Source of the DNA: an uncultured Clostridia bacterium
GTDB lineage: Bacteria > Bacillota > Clostridia > Christensenellales > CAG-138
Assembly: GCA_946185305.1 (NCBI GenBank)
Contig: CAMHJE010000002.1
Location: 9,263-73,262 of the forward strand
Direction: 5' to 3'
Length of the DNA stretch: 64,000 nt
Made by a program: the position numbers and the translations under genes. The notes under the pieces were generated by a model. It was not told the DNA's origin. It saw only the letters and a list, made by a program, of their open reading frames with translations, and ran no database searches. Numbering within the stretch: position 1 is the stretch's first letter; the number at the start of each line of letters is the position of its first letter. Shown here one piece after another: positions 25,727 through 34,433 of the stretch.

Positions 25727-26752
25727 TTACAGCCCCGGCGTCGGGAACACGACCGAGACGGCGTTTTCGTCCGGGATCGCACCCTTTTCGACCGCGCAAA
25801 ACAGCAGCCATGCGCCCATGTCGCTGGTGCCGACCTCCGGCATCTCGCATTTAACCGCGACGGTCACGCCGTCCGCATCACGCTGTATATCCATGACCGC
25901 ATAGCGCGCCGAGCCGCTGCCCGCAGAAACGTACAGCACGAGCAGATCCTGCTCCGCAAAGAACGACGCGTCATAGGTTTTCTGCAGCTCGTTCAGCCGT
26001 TCGTTCTCGCTGCCGGGAGCAAAGTGCGGCGCAAGGCAGTGCGAAAGCGCGTCCGCATCGGTCAGCAGGCGCACCAGCGTTTCGCCCTCCTCCGTCCATC
26101 CGACGCGAACGATCTCCTGCGTGAACGGCACCGCGGCGGCGTCCTTTTTGCCGGTCAGCCAGAAGGCATACGTCGCCTTGCCGCGGCCCGCGCCGTCGAA
26201 CGACGCCGTGACCTCATAGATCGCGCCGCCATTGGGCAGCGTCATCGTTATCTCGTCCCCGTCCCGCGTCCAATCGGGCGTGAACGCCTTGCCGTCGTTT
26301 TCATAATCGCCCGCATACGCTTCGTCCCACGCGCGGATCGCCACGTCGGTCAGCGTGCAGCCCGGCGCGAACGACAGCACGGCGGTATTCCCGCGGCTTG
26401 GCAGCGGATCGAGATAGGCGGTGCTTTCGAGCGGGTGCATCCCGCATGCCTCGACGCCGGTGCCGGTGCCGTCGGCGTTGGCGTAGAACCATTCATAGCT
26501 GCCCGTGGACGCCAAGCCCGACGCGTCCGCGACCGAGACATACAGCGCGGGCGGCACGGTCATCGTGCCCTCGGCGGGCGCGGGATCGTTCTTTTGCGGC
26601 TTGCTCCACAGTCCGAGCGCCTCCGGCGAGGGCGAATCGGTGACGATCACCGTCACGTCCGGATGCGTGTCCTTCTCCACAGACGTTCCCTCCTTTGCGG
26701 CGCAGCCCATCAGCAGCAGCGCCGCGAGCATGGCATATACCCACCGTTTCAT
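25727..26752 (-). CDS. hypothetical lipoprotein
   Basis: MKRWVYAMLAALLLMGCAAKEG lipobox. ATG 26752 is preceded by AAGGAGGA. No catalytic motif recognised. Confidence 0.55.
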   Translation of the reverse strand: MKRWVYAMLAALLLMGCAAKEGTSVEKDTHPDVTVIVTDSPSPEALGLWSKPQKNDPAPAEGTMTVPPALYVSVADASGLASTGSYEWFYANADGTGTGVEACGMHPLESTAYLDPLPSRGNTAVLSFAPGCTLTDVAIRAWDEAYAGDYENDGKAFTPDWTRDGDEITMTLPNGGAIYEVTASFDGAGRGKATYAFWLTGKKDAAAVPFTQEIVRVGWTEEGETLVRLLTDADALSHCLAPHFAPGSENERLNELQKTYDASFFAEQDLLVLYVSAGSGSARYAVMDIQRDADGVTVAVKCEMPEVGTSDMGAWLLFCAVEKGAIPDENAVSVVFPTPGL

Positions 26753-26810
26753 ACGCGGTTCCTCCTTTGTCCCTTTACCCATAACACCGCGCATACCGCC
26801 TTTCGGTTAC

Positions 26811-26839
26811 AAAAAAAGAGCCGATCTTCCGGTCGGCTC
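26811..26839 (-). terminator. Rho-independent terminator after plsX
   Basis: Stem gagccgatc / ggtcggctc (one G-U pair) with a ttcc loop, followed on the minus strand by TTTTTTTG. Confidence 0.65.
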
Positions 26840-26850
26840 CCGTTGGCAAA

Positions 26851-27873
26851 TTATTCCGCTGTTCCCTGCGGCAGCGCCGCGATGGCCTCGCGCAGTTTTT
26901 CCGTCATGCTTGCCGTCTGCATCCGGTAGGCCTGCTCGATGCACTTTGCTACCGCCGCATCGTTGCTGGAGCCGTGCCCCTTGACGACGATCTTTTTGCA
27001 GCCGAGCAGCACGCTGCCGCCGTAGTTGCGGTAGTCCATGAACCGCTTTTCCTCGGCGAACATCCGCTTCATCAGCAGCGCGCCGAGCTTGTAGAGCGTG
27101 CGCGAATAGATATCCGTCTTGAGCTTTTTCAGCATTTCAAGGCACGCGCCCTCGGTGGACTTGATGAGCACATTCCCCGAAAAGCCGTCGCACACGACCA
27201 GATCGTATTGCCCGGTCAGCAGATCGCGGCTTTCCATGTTGCCGACAAAGTGAATGCCGGGTGTTTCCTTGAGCAGCGGATAGGCGGCCTTTCGCAGCTC
27301 GTCGCCCTTTTCGGCCTCGGTGCCGATATTCAGCATTGCCACGCGCGGGCGTTCGACGCCGTAGGCGCATTGCAGATACAGACTGCCCATCACGGCGAAC
27401 TGCTGCAAGAGCTTCGGCGTGATATCCACGTTGGCGCCGCTGTCGCACACGCCGACCATGCCGCCGTTCATCGTCGGCAGGATCGGGCAGAACGCGGGCC
27501 GCTTTATGCCGTGCACGCGGCCGAGCCGCAGCGTCGCCGCCGCAACGAGCGCGCCGGTCGAGCCGGTCGTGACGATGCCGTGCACGTCCTCGTCGGTGCG
27601 GAGCCGTTCGATGGCACGCATTAAGGAGCTGTCCGCCTTTTGCTTGATCGCAAGGGTCGGCTGCTCGTCGCACCCGATGACCTCTGGCGCATGGACGATC
27701 TCGACGCGGCTCTTGTCATACGATTCTTTTGCAAGCACCGCCTTGAGCTTCGCTTCATCGCCGAACAGCAGCACGGCAAGGTCAGGAAAGGTTTTCAGCG
27801 CCAGCAGCGCGCCGCCGACGTTCGCTTCGGGGCTGTGGTCGCCGCCGAAGCAGTCGATGCAAAGCCGGATCAT
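26851..27873 (-). CDS. plsX: phosphate acyltransferase PlsX
   Basis: MIRLCIDCFGGDHSPEANVGGAL... and GSTGALVAAA, GNVLIKSTEG motifs typical of PlsX. 340 aa. Confidence 0.9.
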   Translation of the reverse strand: MIRLCIDCFGGDHSPEANVGGALLALKTFPDLAVLLFGDEAKLKAVLAKESYDKSRVEIVHAPEVIGCDEQPTLAIKQKADSSLMRAIERLRTDEDVHGIVTTGSTGALVAAATLRLGRVHGIKRPAFCPILPTMNGGMVGVCDSGANVDITPKLLQQFAVMGSLYLQCAYGVERPRVAMLNIGTEAEKGDELRKAAYPLLKETPGIHFVGNMESRDLLTGQYDLVVCDGFSGNVLIKSTEGACLEMLKKLKTDIYSRTLYKLGALLMKRMFAEEKRFMDYRNYGGSVLLGCKKIVVKGHGSSNDAAVAKCIEQAYRMQTASMTEKLREAIAALPQGTAE

Positions 27874-29000
27874 TTGTCGTCCTCCAGTTGTTTCACAAAC
27901 GCGCGGCGGCGCTTATGCGGCACCGCGACAAATCGCTTCCATTGGTTCTGGATCGCGTAATTATCCTCTAAATTCAGGTTCGTTTCGGCGTACTCCACGC
28001 CGTCCTCGCGCAGCATCCGTTCGAGCGCCGCGGACACCGCCACCGAAATGCCGCGGTTTGCCCACGCCGGGTCGATGCCGATCAAGCCGAGGTCGATGAT
28101 CTTCGGATGCCGGATCGCGTGCAGGATCCGCACAATCGCCGCCGGAGTGAGATGTCCCCTGGAGGGCTGCACGGCCTTGGCAATCGACGGGAAGCAGATC
28201 CCGAGCAGCACGACGTTGTCGTTCTCGTCGAGCAGCACCGCCACGTGGTCGAGGTCGATGATCAGACGGAAATTGTCGATCATCAGTTTTTTCATGCCGT
28301 CCGTGAACGGCACCGTGCCGTAGAGCTGCTCATAGGACTTATCCAAAAGCTCGAACAGCGGATCGGCGTAACGGTTCAGAAAATCATTGACGTTCTTCGC
28401 CGGGCCGAAGCGCAGATGATAGCGGTTCATCAGCTTTTCGGTCACGCGCGCCAAAGCGCCGTCATTCTTTTCCGGCGGGTAGATTTTGCTCTCGGTCCAA
28501 TCGACCTCCTTGGTATAGCCGAGGTTTTCGATCAGACGCTGATAATACGGCGCGTTATACTGCTCCTCGAACGTGGACAGCTGATCGAAGCCCTCGATCA
28601 AAAGCCCTTCGCGCTCTAAATCCGAAAACCCGAGCGGGCCGCAGACCGTGTCCATGCCCTTCGCCTTGGCCCACGCCTCGACCGCGCCGAACAGGGCGGC
28701 GGCGACCTCCTGATCGTCGATGCTGTCGAACCGCGTGAAGCGGATGCGCTTTTCATGATTCTTTTCGTTCGCGGCCTTTTGCAGGATCCCGGAGATGCGT
28801 CCGACGATCTTGCCGTCATGGTACGCGTTGTAATACACCGCCTCGCAAGTGTCGTAATAGACGTAGTCCTTGCGGAAAATCTTTTTCTCGTCGCCGTACA
28901 GCGGCGGAACGAAGTTCGGGTTGTCCCGATACAGATTCAGCGGGAAGTTCAAAAACTCGCGCTGCTCCTTCTTCGTTTGTACCTCCCTGACCGTAACCAT
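27870..29000 (-). CDS. GNAT-family N-acetyltransferase-like protein (376 aa)
   Basis: N-terminal VREVQTKKEQREFLNFPLNLYRDNPNFVPPLYGDEKK is characteristic of a conserved clostridial GNAT-like family. C-terminal acetyl-CoA-type segment IGIDPAWANRGISVAV. ATGA overlap with plsX. Confidence 0.55.
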   Translation of the reverse strand: MVTVREVQTKKEQREFLNFPLNLYRDNPNFVPPLYGDEKKIFRKDYVYYDTCEAVYYNAYHDGKIVGRISGILQKAANEKNHEKRIRFTRFDSIDDQEVAAALFGAVEAWAKAKGMDTVCGPLGFSDLEREGLLIEGFDQLSTFEEQYNAPYYQRLIENLGYTKEVDWTESKIYPPEKNDGALARVTEKLMNRYHLRFGPAKNVNDFLNRYADPLFELLDKSYEQLYGTVPFTDGMKKLMIDNFRLIIDLDHVAVLLDENDNVVLLGICFPSIAKAVQPSRGHLTPAAIVRILHAIRHPKIIDLGLIGIDPAWANRGISVAVSAALERMLREDGVEYAETNLNLEDNYAIQNQWKRFVAVPHKRRRAFVKQLEDDK

Positions 29001-29005
29001 GCCGC

Positions 29006-29875
29006 TTACCTATGCTTGGCGTGGAAGCAGATCCCGACGCCGTTCGGCCCGCAATGCCCGCCGGTCGTGGGGTTAACCGCGACGGTTTCGATGCAAAGCC
29101 CCTCGCCGAACTTGGCCTTCAGCTCGTTCATGACCTCGGTCGCAATCTCCTCGGCGTCGGTGTGGCCGACAATCACGCGATGCCCCTTCACGTCGTCGCC
29201 GAGCTCGTCCACGTACTGCATCAGCTTACGGATCGCCCTTACCCGGCCGCGCTCGGAGCCGATGGACACCATCTTGCCCTCGGTGTTCATATAGATGATC
29301 GGCCGCACGCCGAGCAGCGTGCCCATCGTCGCCGCAAGGCCGGACACACGGCCGCTGTGCTTGAAGAATTTCAGATCGTCGGCAAAGAAGTAGATCGCAA
29401 AATGATCGACCTCGGTCTTGGCCCATTCCAAAACCTCGTCCACGCTCTTGCCGGCCCGGATCATGTCCCCGACCTCCAGCACAATCGCGCGGCTGATGAT
29501 CGTGATGCCCTTGGTGTCGATATCGGAAAAGCGCACGTTCGGGTACTTTTCGGACAGCTCCTTCACGGCCTGATCCATCGCGTCAAACGTCGCCGTCATC
29601 GCGCGGGAGAAATGCACGTACAGGATATCGTCGCCCGCGGCAAAGACCGGCTCGAAGATTTCGAGGTACTTTTCGCGGCTGATCGCGCTCGTGTTCGGCA
29701 ACGCCCCCGCACGAAGCTGATCGTAAAACGCCTTGGCGTCGAACGTATCGAAATCCTCATAGGGGTAAACGGTTTTGCCGTCGATGGCATACGGCATACT
29801 GATCAGCGTGTAGCCGTATTCGGCGGCGTCCGCCGGGGTGATATCGCAATCGGTATCGGTGAATAAGCGCAGCAT
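29006..29875 (-). CDS. DegV family fatty-acid-binding protein (FakB-type)
   Basis: 289 aa. LFTDTDCDITPADAAEYGYTLISMPY N-terminus and the overall DegV pattern. AAGGAGGAA RBS. Confidence 0.8.
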   Translation of the reverse strand: MLRLFTDTDCDITPADAAEYGYTLISMPYAIDGKTVYPYEDFDTFDAKAFYDQLRAGALPNTSAISREKYLEIFEPVFAAGDDILYVHFSRAMTATFDAMDQAVKELSEKYPNVRFSDIDTKGITIISRAIVLEVGDMIRAGKSVDEVLEWAKTEVDHFAIYFFADDLKFFKHSGRVSGLAATMGTLLGVRPIIYMNTEGKMVSIGSERGRVRAIRKLMQYVDELGDDVKGHRVIVGHTDAEEIATEVMNELKAKFGEGLCIETVAVNPTTGGHCGPNGVGICFHAKHR

Positions 29876-29885
29876 GGTTTCCTCC

Positions 29886-31535
29886 TTATTCCAAAATCAT
29901 GATATAGTCGTAGATCGGCTGTCCGCCGTCCAGCAGGATCACTTCCGTCAGCGGGTGCGCGCTTTGCAGCGCCGTACGCATGGCCTCGGCCTCGGCTTGG
30001 TCGGCGTCGATGCCCTTCACCAGCAGCAGGATCCCGAAATCGTCGGCGCCGAGCGCGTCGGCAAGCCGCAGCGCTGCGTTTTTCGCGTCGGGATCGTCGG
30101 CATAGATCGTGCCGCCCTCATAGGCGATATAGTCCCCTTCCCGCACCGAAACGCCGTCGCGCTCGGTCGTGCGGGACGCGTGGGAAACCGTGCCGGTCTT
30201 GACGCTCTGCATGATGTCGATAGAGCCCTGCTCGATCGTGTCGATATCGTTGGACGAGGTATCGAGCAGCGACAGCGCCGCATAACATTCGCCGATCGTG
30301 TGGCTCGGCATCACGCGCACGTCCGCGTCCGTATAGAGCGCGGCGGCCTGCTCGGCGGTCAGGATGATATTGCTGTTGTTCGGATAGACGAGGATCGTCT
30401 CGGCGTTGACCTCGCAAAAAGCCTCCAAAAAGCTCTCCGCGGAGGGGTTCATGCTCTGCCCGCCGTCCACGACCGCGTCCGCGCCGATGGACAGGAACGT
30501 TTCGCGGATGCCCGCGCCCGCCGCGACCGCGACGATGCCGAATTTCTTGCGCGGCTTTTGCGGCTTATAGTTGTTGCGGATCGTCGTCTCATGGTGCTGC
30601 AGCATCATGTTTTCGATCTTCATCGTCAAAAATTCGCCGTACTTATGGCAATGCGCCAAAATATCCTCCGGCGTTTTGGTGTGGATATGCACGCGCAAGA
30701 GGCTCCCGTCGCGGAACGCCACGACCGAATCGCCGCTTGCAATCAGCCAGTCGATCAGCGGCTTTTCGTCAAAGTCCGAAACCTTGCCAACCTTCTTGGT
30801 CTGGAACCGCAGGATGAACTCGGTGCAGAAGCCGAATTCCAGCTCGTCGTCCTCGGTAAACGACGCGATATTCACCTGCTGCGGCCGCGGCGCATGGCCG
30901 CCCGCATTCGTAAACGCGACGCCGTGCAGCGCATCCTGCATTCCCTCCGCGATATAGACAAAGCCCGCGCCGCCGCTGTCCACGACTCCGGCCTCCCGCA
31001 GCACCGCCAAAAGCGTCGGCGTGCGGTCGAGCGAAGCGCGCAGCTCGGTCAAAAATGCATCAAAATACTGTTCAAAATCCGTTTCGTCGGTGATCTCGCG
31101 GTTCGCCTTATGCACGGCGTCGGAATAGACAGTGAGGATCGTTCCCTCCACCGGCGTCTGCACCGCGTTGTAGGATTCCCTGACGCCGCATTCGAGCGCC
31201 GCCGCAAAGGTTTTCAGATCGGCAGTCTTTACGCCCGAAAGCCCCTGCGAAATGCCCGCGAAAATGCGGGACAGGATCACGCCCGAATTGCCGCGCGCGC
31301 CGAGCAGCATCCCCCGCGCGATCTGCTGCGAGGTCTGCCCCAGCTCACCGTCCGCCCCCTCCGAAACGGCGGAGCAGCCGGAGTCGATGGTCATGTACAT
31401 ATTGTCGCCGGTGTCCCCGTCCGGAATCGGGAATACGTTCAGTTCGTTGACGACCGTGCGGTGCGTGTTCAGCTTGGCGGCGCCGCCCTCGACCATGCGG
31501 GCGAAGAGCGCGCCGTTCAATGTTTTGGTTTCCAT
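29886..31535 (-). CDS. DAK2-domain protein (YloV/FakA-type fatty acid kinase ATP-binding subunit)
   Basis: LNVFPIPDGDTGDNM and GARGNSGVILS Dak2 motifs. About 550 aa. Sits directly upstream of the degV-type gene. Start at ATG 31535 (METKTL). Confidence 0.8.
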   Translation of the reverse strand: METKTLNGALFARMVEGGAAKLNTHRTVVNELNVFPIPDGDTGDNMYMTIDSGCSAVSEGADGELGQTSQQIARGMLLGARGNSGVILSRIFAGISQGLSGVKTADLKTFAAALECGVRESYNAVQTPVEGTILTVYSDAVHKANREITDETDFEQYFDAFLTELRASLDRTPTLLAVLREAGVVDSGGAGFVYIAEGMQDALHGVAFTNAGGHAPRPQQVNIASFTEDDELEFGFCTEFILRFQTKKVGKVSDFDEKPLIDWLIASGDSVVAFRDGSLLRVHIHTKTPEDILAHCHKYGEFLTMKIENMMLQHHETTIRNNYKPQKPRKKFGIVAVAAGAGIRETFLSIGADAVVDGGQSMNPSAESFLEAFCEVNAETILVYPNNSNIILTAEQAAALYTDADVRVMPSHTIGECYAALSLLDTSSNDIDTIEQGSIDIMQSVKTGTVSHASRTTERDGVSVREGDYIAYEGGTIYADDPDAKNAALRLADALGADDFGILLLVKGIDADQAEAEAMRTALQSAHPLTEVILLDGGQPIYDYIMILE

Positions 31536-31587
31536 ACGTTTCCTTTCCTCTTCGGCGGTCCCTTCCCCGCCGGACACAATGGTTTCG

Positions 31588-32169
31588 TTATGCCATAAAG
31601 GCCGCGATGCCGGTCTTTAAAAACAGCTCAAGCTGCTTGGCGATCTCCTCCAGAGGCTGCTGCATGCCCGCGTTCAGCCAGTCGCGGTACAGCGTCAGCG
31701 TGCCGCCCGTGATAAAGTCCGCGTACAGCTTCGTGTAAGCGATTTTGGGCGGCGAGACGTGCTTTTTCAGCAGCGCGCTCACCCGCGTGGCAAACGCGTC
31801 GCCGAGCTTTTGCAGCACCTGCGAATATTTGTTCTTCCGCACCAGCGGCACGGTCAGCTCGTCGTGCGCCGCAAACGCGTTCGTCACCGCCTGCAGAAAG
31901 CCGAGCGGATCGCGCGGGCAGCGTTCGAGATCGGCCTCCCCAATGGCCTTGGCGACGAGCCGCACCAGCTCGTCCTCCAATTCGTCGCGGATCGCCGTCA
32001 CGCCCTCGTAATAGTTGTACACCGTCTTGCGATCCACGTCCGCGGCCTCGGCGATATCCGTGACCGTGATCGTGCCGCCCTCCCTTTGGCCGAGCAGCTT
32101 TAAGTATGCACGGCGGATCGCGGCCTTGGTCCGCGCCACGCGGCTGTCACACTTTCTTTCCTTTTTCAT
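31588..32169 (-). CDS. TetR/AcrR family transcriptional regulator
   Basis: ARTKAAIRRAYLKLLGQREGGTITVTDIAEAADVDRKTVYNYY HTH. Start at ATG 32169 with a GAGGGAA RBS. Confidence 0.8.
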   Translation of the reverse strand: MKKERKCDSRVARTKAAIRRAYLKLLGQREGGTITVTDIAEAADVDRKTVYNYYEGVTAIRDELEDELVRLVAKAIGEADLERCPRDPLGFLQAVTNAFAAHDELTVPLVRKNKYSQVLQKLGDAFATRVSALLKKHVSPPKIAYTKLYADFITGGTLTLYRDWLNAGMQQPLEEIAKQLELFLKTGIAAFMA

Positions 32170-32217
32170 GATTCGTTCCCTCTTGTCGGATCGTGTCGAA
32201 TTTTTCCACACCTGTGT

Positions 32218-32246
32218 ATTATAATGCAACAGCCGGCACATTGCAA
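32218..32246 (-). promoter_or_regulatory. sigma-70 promoter of tetR-fak-plsX operon
   Basis: On the minus strand: TTGCAA, 17-nt spacer, TATAAT. A near-palindrome cacacctgtgta just downstream is a possible TetR operator. Confidence 0.5.
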
Positions 32247-32326
32247 CCGTTTTCCCCGAAAAAGCGGGATTTTTTGCAGTCGCGTTCTGCGATAGGCAAT
32301 CGTTACCGAATCGTTACAATTTGGGG

Positions 32327-32355
32327 ATGACCGCGCGCGCCCGATTTGCTATAAT
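32327..32355 (+). promoter_or_regulatory. promoter of two-component operon
   Basis: ATGACC, 17-nt spacer, TGcTATAAT (extended -10), 26 nt upstream of the start codon. Confidence 0.45.
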
Positions 32356-32381
32356 GCAGGTAAAGAAAGGCGGAGAACGAT

Positions 32382-33044
32382 ATGCGAACGATTTTCATAG
32401 TCGAGGACGACGAGGCGATCAACCGGCTGCTGTGCATGAACCTGTCCGTGACCGGGTATATGGTGACCGGCGAATACGACGGTGCGGAGGCAAAAGCGCG
32501 CATCGAGCGCGGCGAACGCTATGACCTTGCCCTGCTGGATATCATGCTGCCGGGCCTGGACGGCTTCGAGCTGCTGGACACGTTCAAGGCGGCGTCAATC
32601 CCGGTGATCTTTCTGACGGCCAAGAACGCCGTGGAGGATCGCGTGAAGGGTCTGCGCGACGGCGCGGAGGATTACATCGTCAAGCCGTTTGCGCTTGAAG
32701 AGCTGCTTGCGCGGATCGACAAGGTGCTTTCGCGGCACCTGCCGCCGCCGGACTCGATCCGTCTCGGCGATATCGAAATCTTCCCGAAAAGCCGCTCGGT
32801 CACAAAAGCCGGGCAGCCTCTTGAGCTGACGCCGACGCAGTATGACCTGTTGCTGCTGCTTGCCAAGAACAAAAACGTCGCCCTCTCGCGCGAACGCATC
32901 CTGTCCGAGATCTGGAACAGCGATTTTATCGGGGAATCCCGCGCCATCGACAACCATATTTCGCAGCTGCGCCGCCGTACCGGGCTGCCGATCGTCGCGG
33001 TGAGCCGCGTCGGCTACCGGCTCGAAACGGATGAGGGGGTATAA
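32382..33044 (+). CDS. OmpR-family response regulator
   Basis: Receiver domain (IFIVEDDEAI ... LALLDIMLPGLDG ... LTAK) plus a winged-helix C-terminus (LTPTQYDLLLLLAKN...GYRL). Confidence 0.9.
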   Translation: MRTIFIVEDDEAINRLLCMNLSVTGYMVTGEYDGAEAKARIERGERYDLALLDIMLPGLDGFELLDTFKAASIPVIFLTAKNAVEDRVKGLRDGAEDYIVKPFALEELLARIDKVLSRHLPPPDSIRLGDIEIFPKSRSVTKAGQPLELTPTQYDLLLLLAKNKNVALSRERILSEIWNSDFIGESRAIDNHISQLRRRTGLPIVAVSRVGYRLETDEGV

Positions 33045-33071
33045 CCGGCACAGCTGTGCCGCACAACCGGC

Positions 33072-34433
33072 ATGAAACTGTCTCTGAAAATGAGTCTGCT
33101 CTCCATAGGACTATCGGCGCTGACGCTGCTCGCGGTCGGCGCTGTTGTGCTGCGCGCAGCGTATCGGCAATCGCTCGACGCCGAGCGTGAAAACGCGCGG
33201 GCGCGGCTCAGCTTTTTGACGACCTCCTACGCCGTCGCCGTGGACCGCGAAGGGCTCGAGCCGCTGTCCTCCTTTGCGGAAAAGAACCGGCGGCAATACC
33301 TGTTTCGCCGCTTTGACAAGGGCGACGAGAAGTGGCAGTTCGTCTATATGGGCGACACGCTCTATAACGATTCGTCGCTTGCGCTCGACCGGCTGATGAA
33401 CGGCGCGGGCGAACGGCTGTTTGCGATGGGCGACCGGTATGTGATCGTGCTCTGCGAATCGCTCCCGGACGGCAGCGATATCTACCTGCTGCACGACTGC
33501 ACGGCAGTCATCGACGCGGCGCGCCGCCTGACGCACACGTTTCTGCTGATCGGCGGCGTCGCTTTTTTGGCGCTTGCCGTAGCGCTGTGGCTGTTGACGC
33601 ACGCGGCGCTCGGCCCGCTTGCGGAGCTCGAACGCGCGGCGCGGCGCATGGCGGCGGGCGATTACGAAACCCCGATCCGAAGCCGGCACCGTGACGAGGT
33701 CGGCTCGCTCGCACGGAGCTTTGAGCAGATGCGTCTGAGCGTGCAGGAGCAGATCGCGGCGGTGTCCGAGGTCGCGGAGCAGCGGAAGCTGCTGGTCGGC
33801 GCGCTCACGCATGAGCTGAAAACGCCGATGACCGCAATCGTGGGTTACAGCGAAGCCCTGCACACGCTGCGGCTTTCGGAGGAACAGCAGGCCGAAAGCC
33901 TCCGGTTTTTGTACGCGGAAAGCAAACGGCTGGAGGCGCTGACGCAGAAGATGATGCGCCTGATCGCCGTGGACGGCGGCGAGGCCATTGCGCTTTTGCC
34001 CGTGACCGGCGAGGCGCTTTCGCAAACGCTGCGCCCGATGCTGTCCAAGCTCGCCGAGCAGCGCGGCGTGGCGCTGCATCTTGCGCTGAACGGCTTTGCC
34101 GCGATCGGCGACGCCGACCTGTTGTGCAGCGTCCTGACCAATCTGTTTGATAACGCGGTTTCCGCCGGTGCGAGCGAGGTTTGGCTGGCCGGGCGCGGCC
34201 CCGTGCTCGTCGTGACCGACAACGGCCCCGGCATGACCAAGGAGGTGCTTGCCCGCGTGACCGAGCCGTTCTATCGCGCGGACAAGGCGCGCAGCCGCAA
34301 AACCGGGCACGCGGGGCTCGGCCTTGCGCTCGTGCAGCGGATCGTGACGCTGCACCGCGGCACGCTGCTGATCGAAAGCGAACCGAACCAAGGCACGACC
34401 GTGACCGTGAAGCTGCGGGAGGCGGAGGCATGA
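33072..34433 (+). CDS. sensor histidine kinase (2 TM, HAMP, HisKA, HATPase_c)
   Basis: H-box LTHELKTPMTAI, N-box LFDNAVSA, G-boxes DNGPGM and GLGLALV. Periplasmic-type loop between two TM segments. Confidence 0.9.
   Translation: MKLSLKMSLLSIGLSALTLLAVGAVVLRAAYRQSLDAERENARARLSFLTTSYAVAVDREGLEPLSSFAEKNRRQYLFRRFDKGDEKWQFVYMGDTLYNDSSLALDRLMNGAGERLFAMGDRYVIVLCESLPDGSDIYLLHDCTAVIDAARRLTHTFLLIGGVAFLALAVALWLLTHAALGPLAELERAARRMAAGDYETPIRSRHRDEVGSLARSFEQMRLSVQEQIAAVSEVAEQRKLLVGALTHELKTPMTAIVGYSEALHTLRLSEEQQAESLRFLYAESKRLEALTQKMMRLIAVDGGEAIALLPVTGEALSQTLRPMLSKLAEQRGVALHLALNGFAAIGDADLLCSVLTNLFDNAVSAGASEVWLAGRGPVLVVTDNGPGMTKEVLARVTEPFYRADKARSRKTGHAGLGLALVQRIVTLHRGTLLIESEPNQGTTVTVKLREAEA

Noticed and set aside
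25375-25854. 159-aa + strand ORF spanning the hairpin-repeat region.
   Set aside because: It has a low-complexity Arg/Ser/Pro-rich translation and no RBS. It runs through obvious hairpin elements and into the antisense of the lipoprotein gene.
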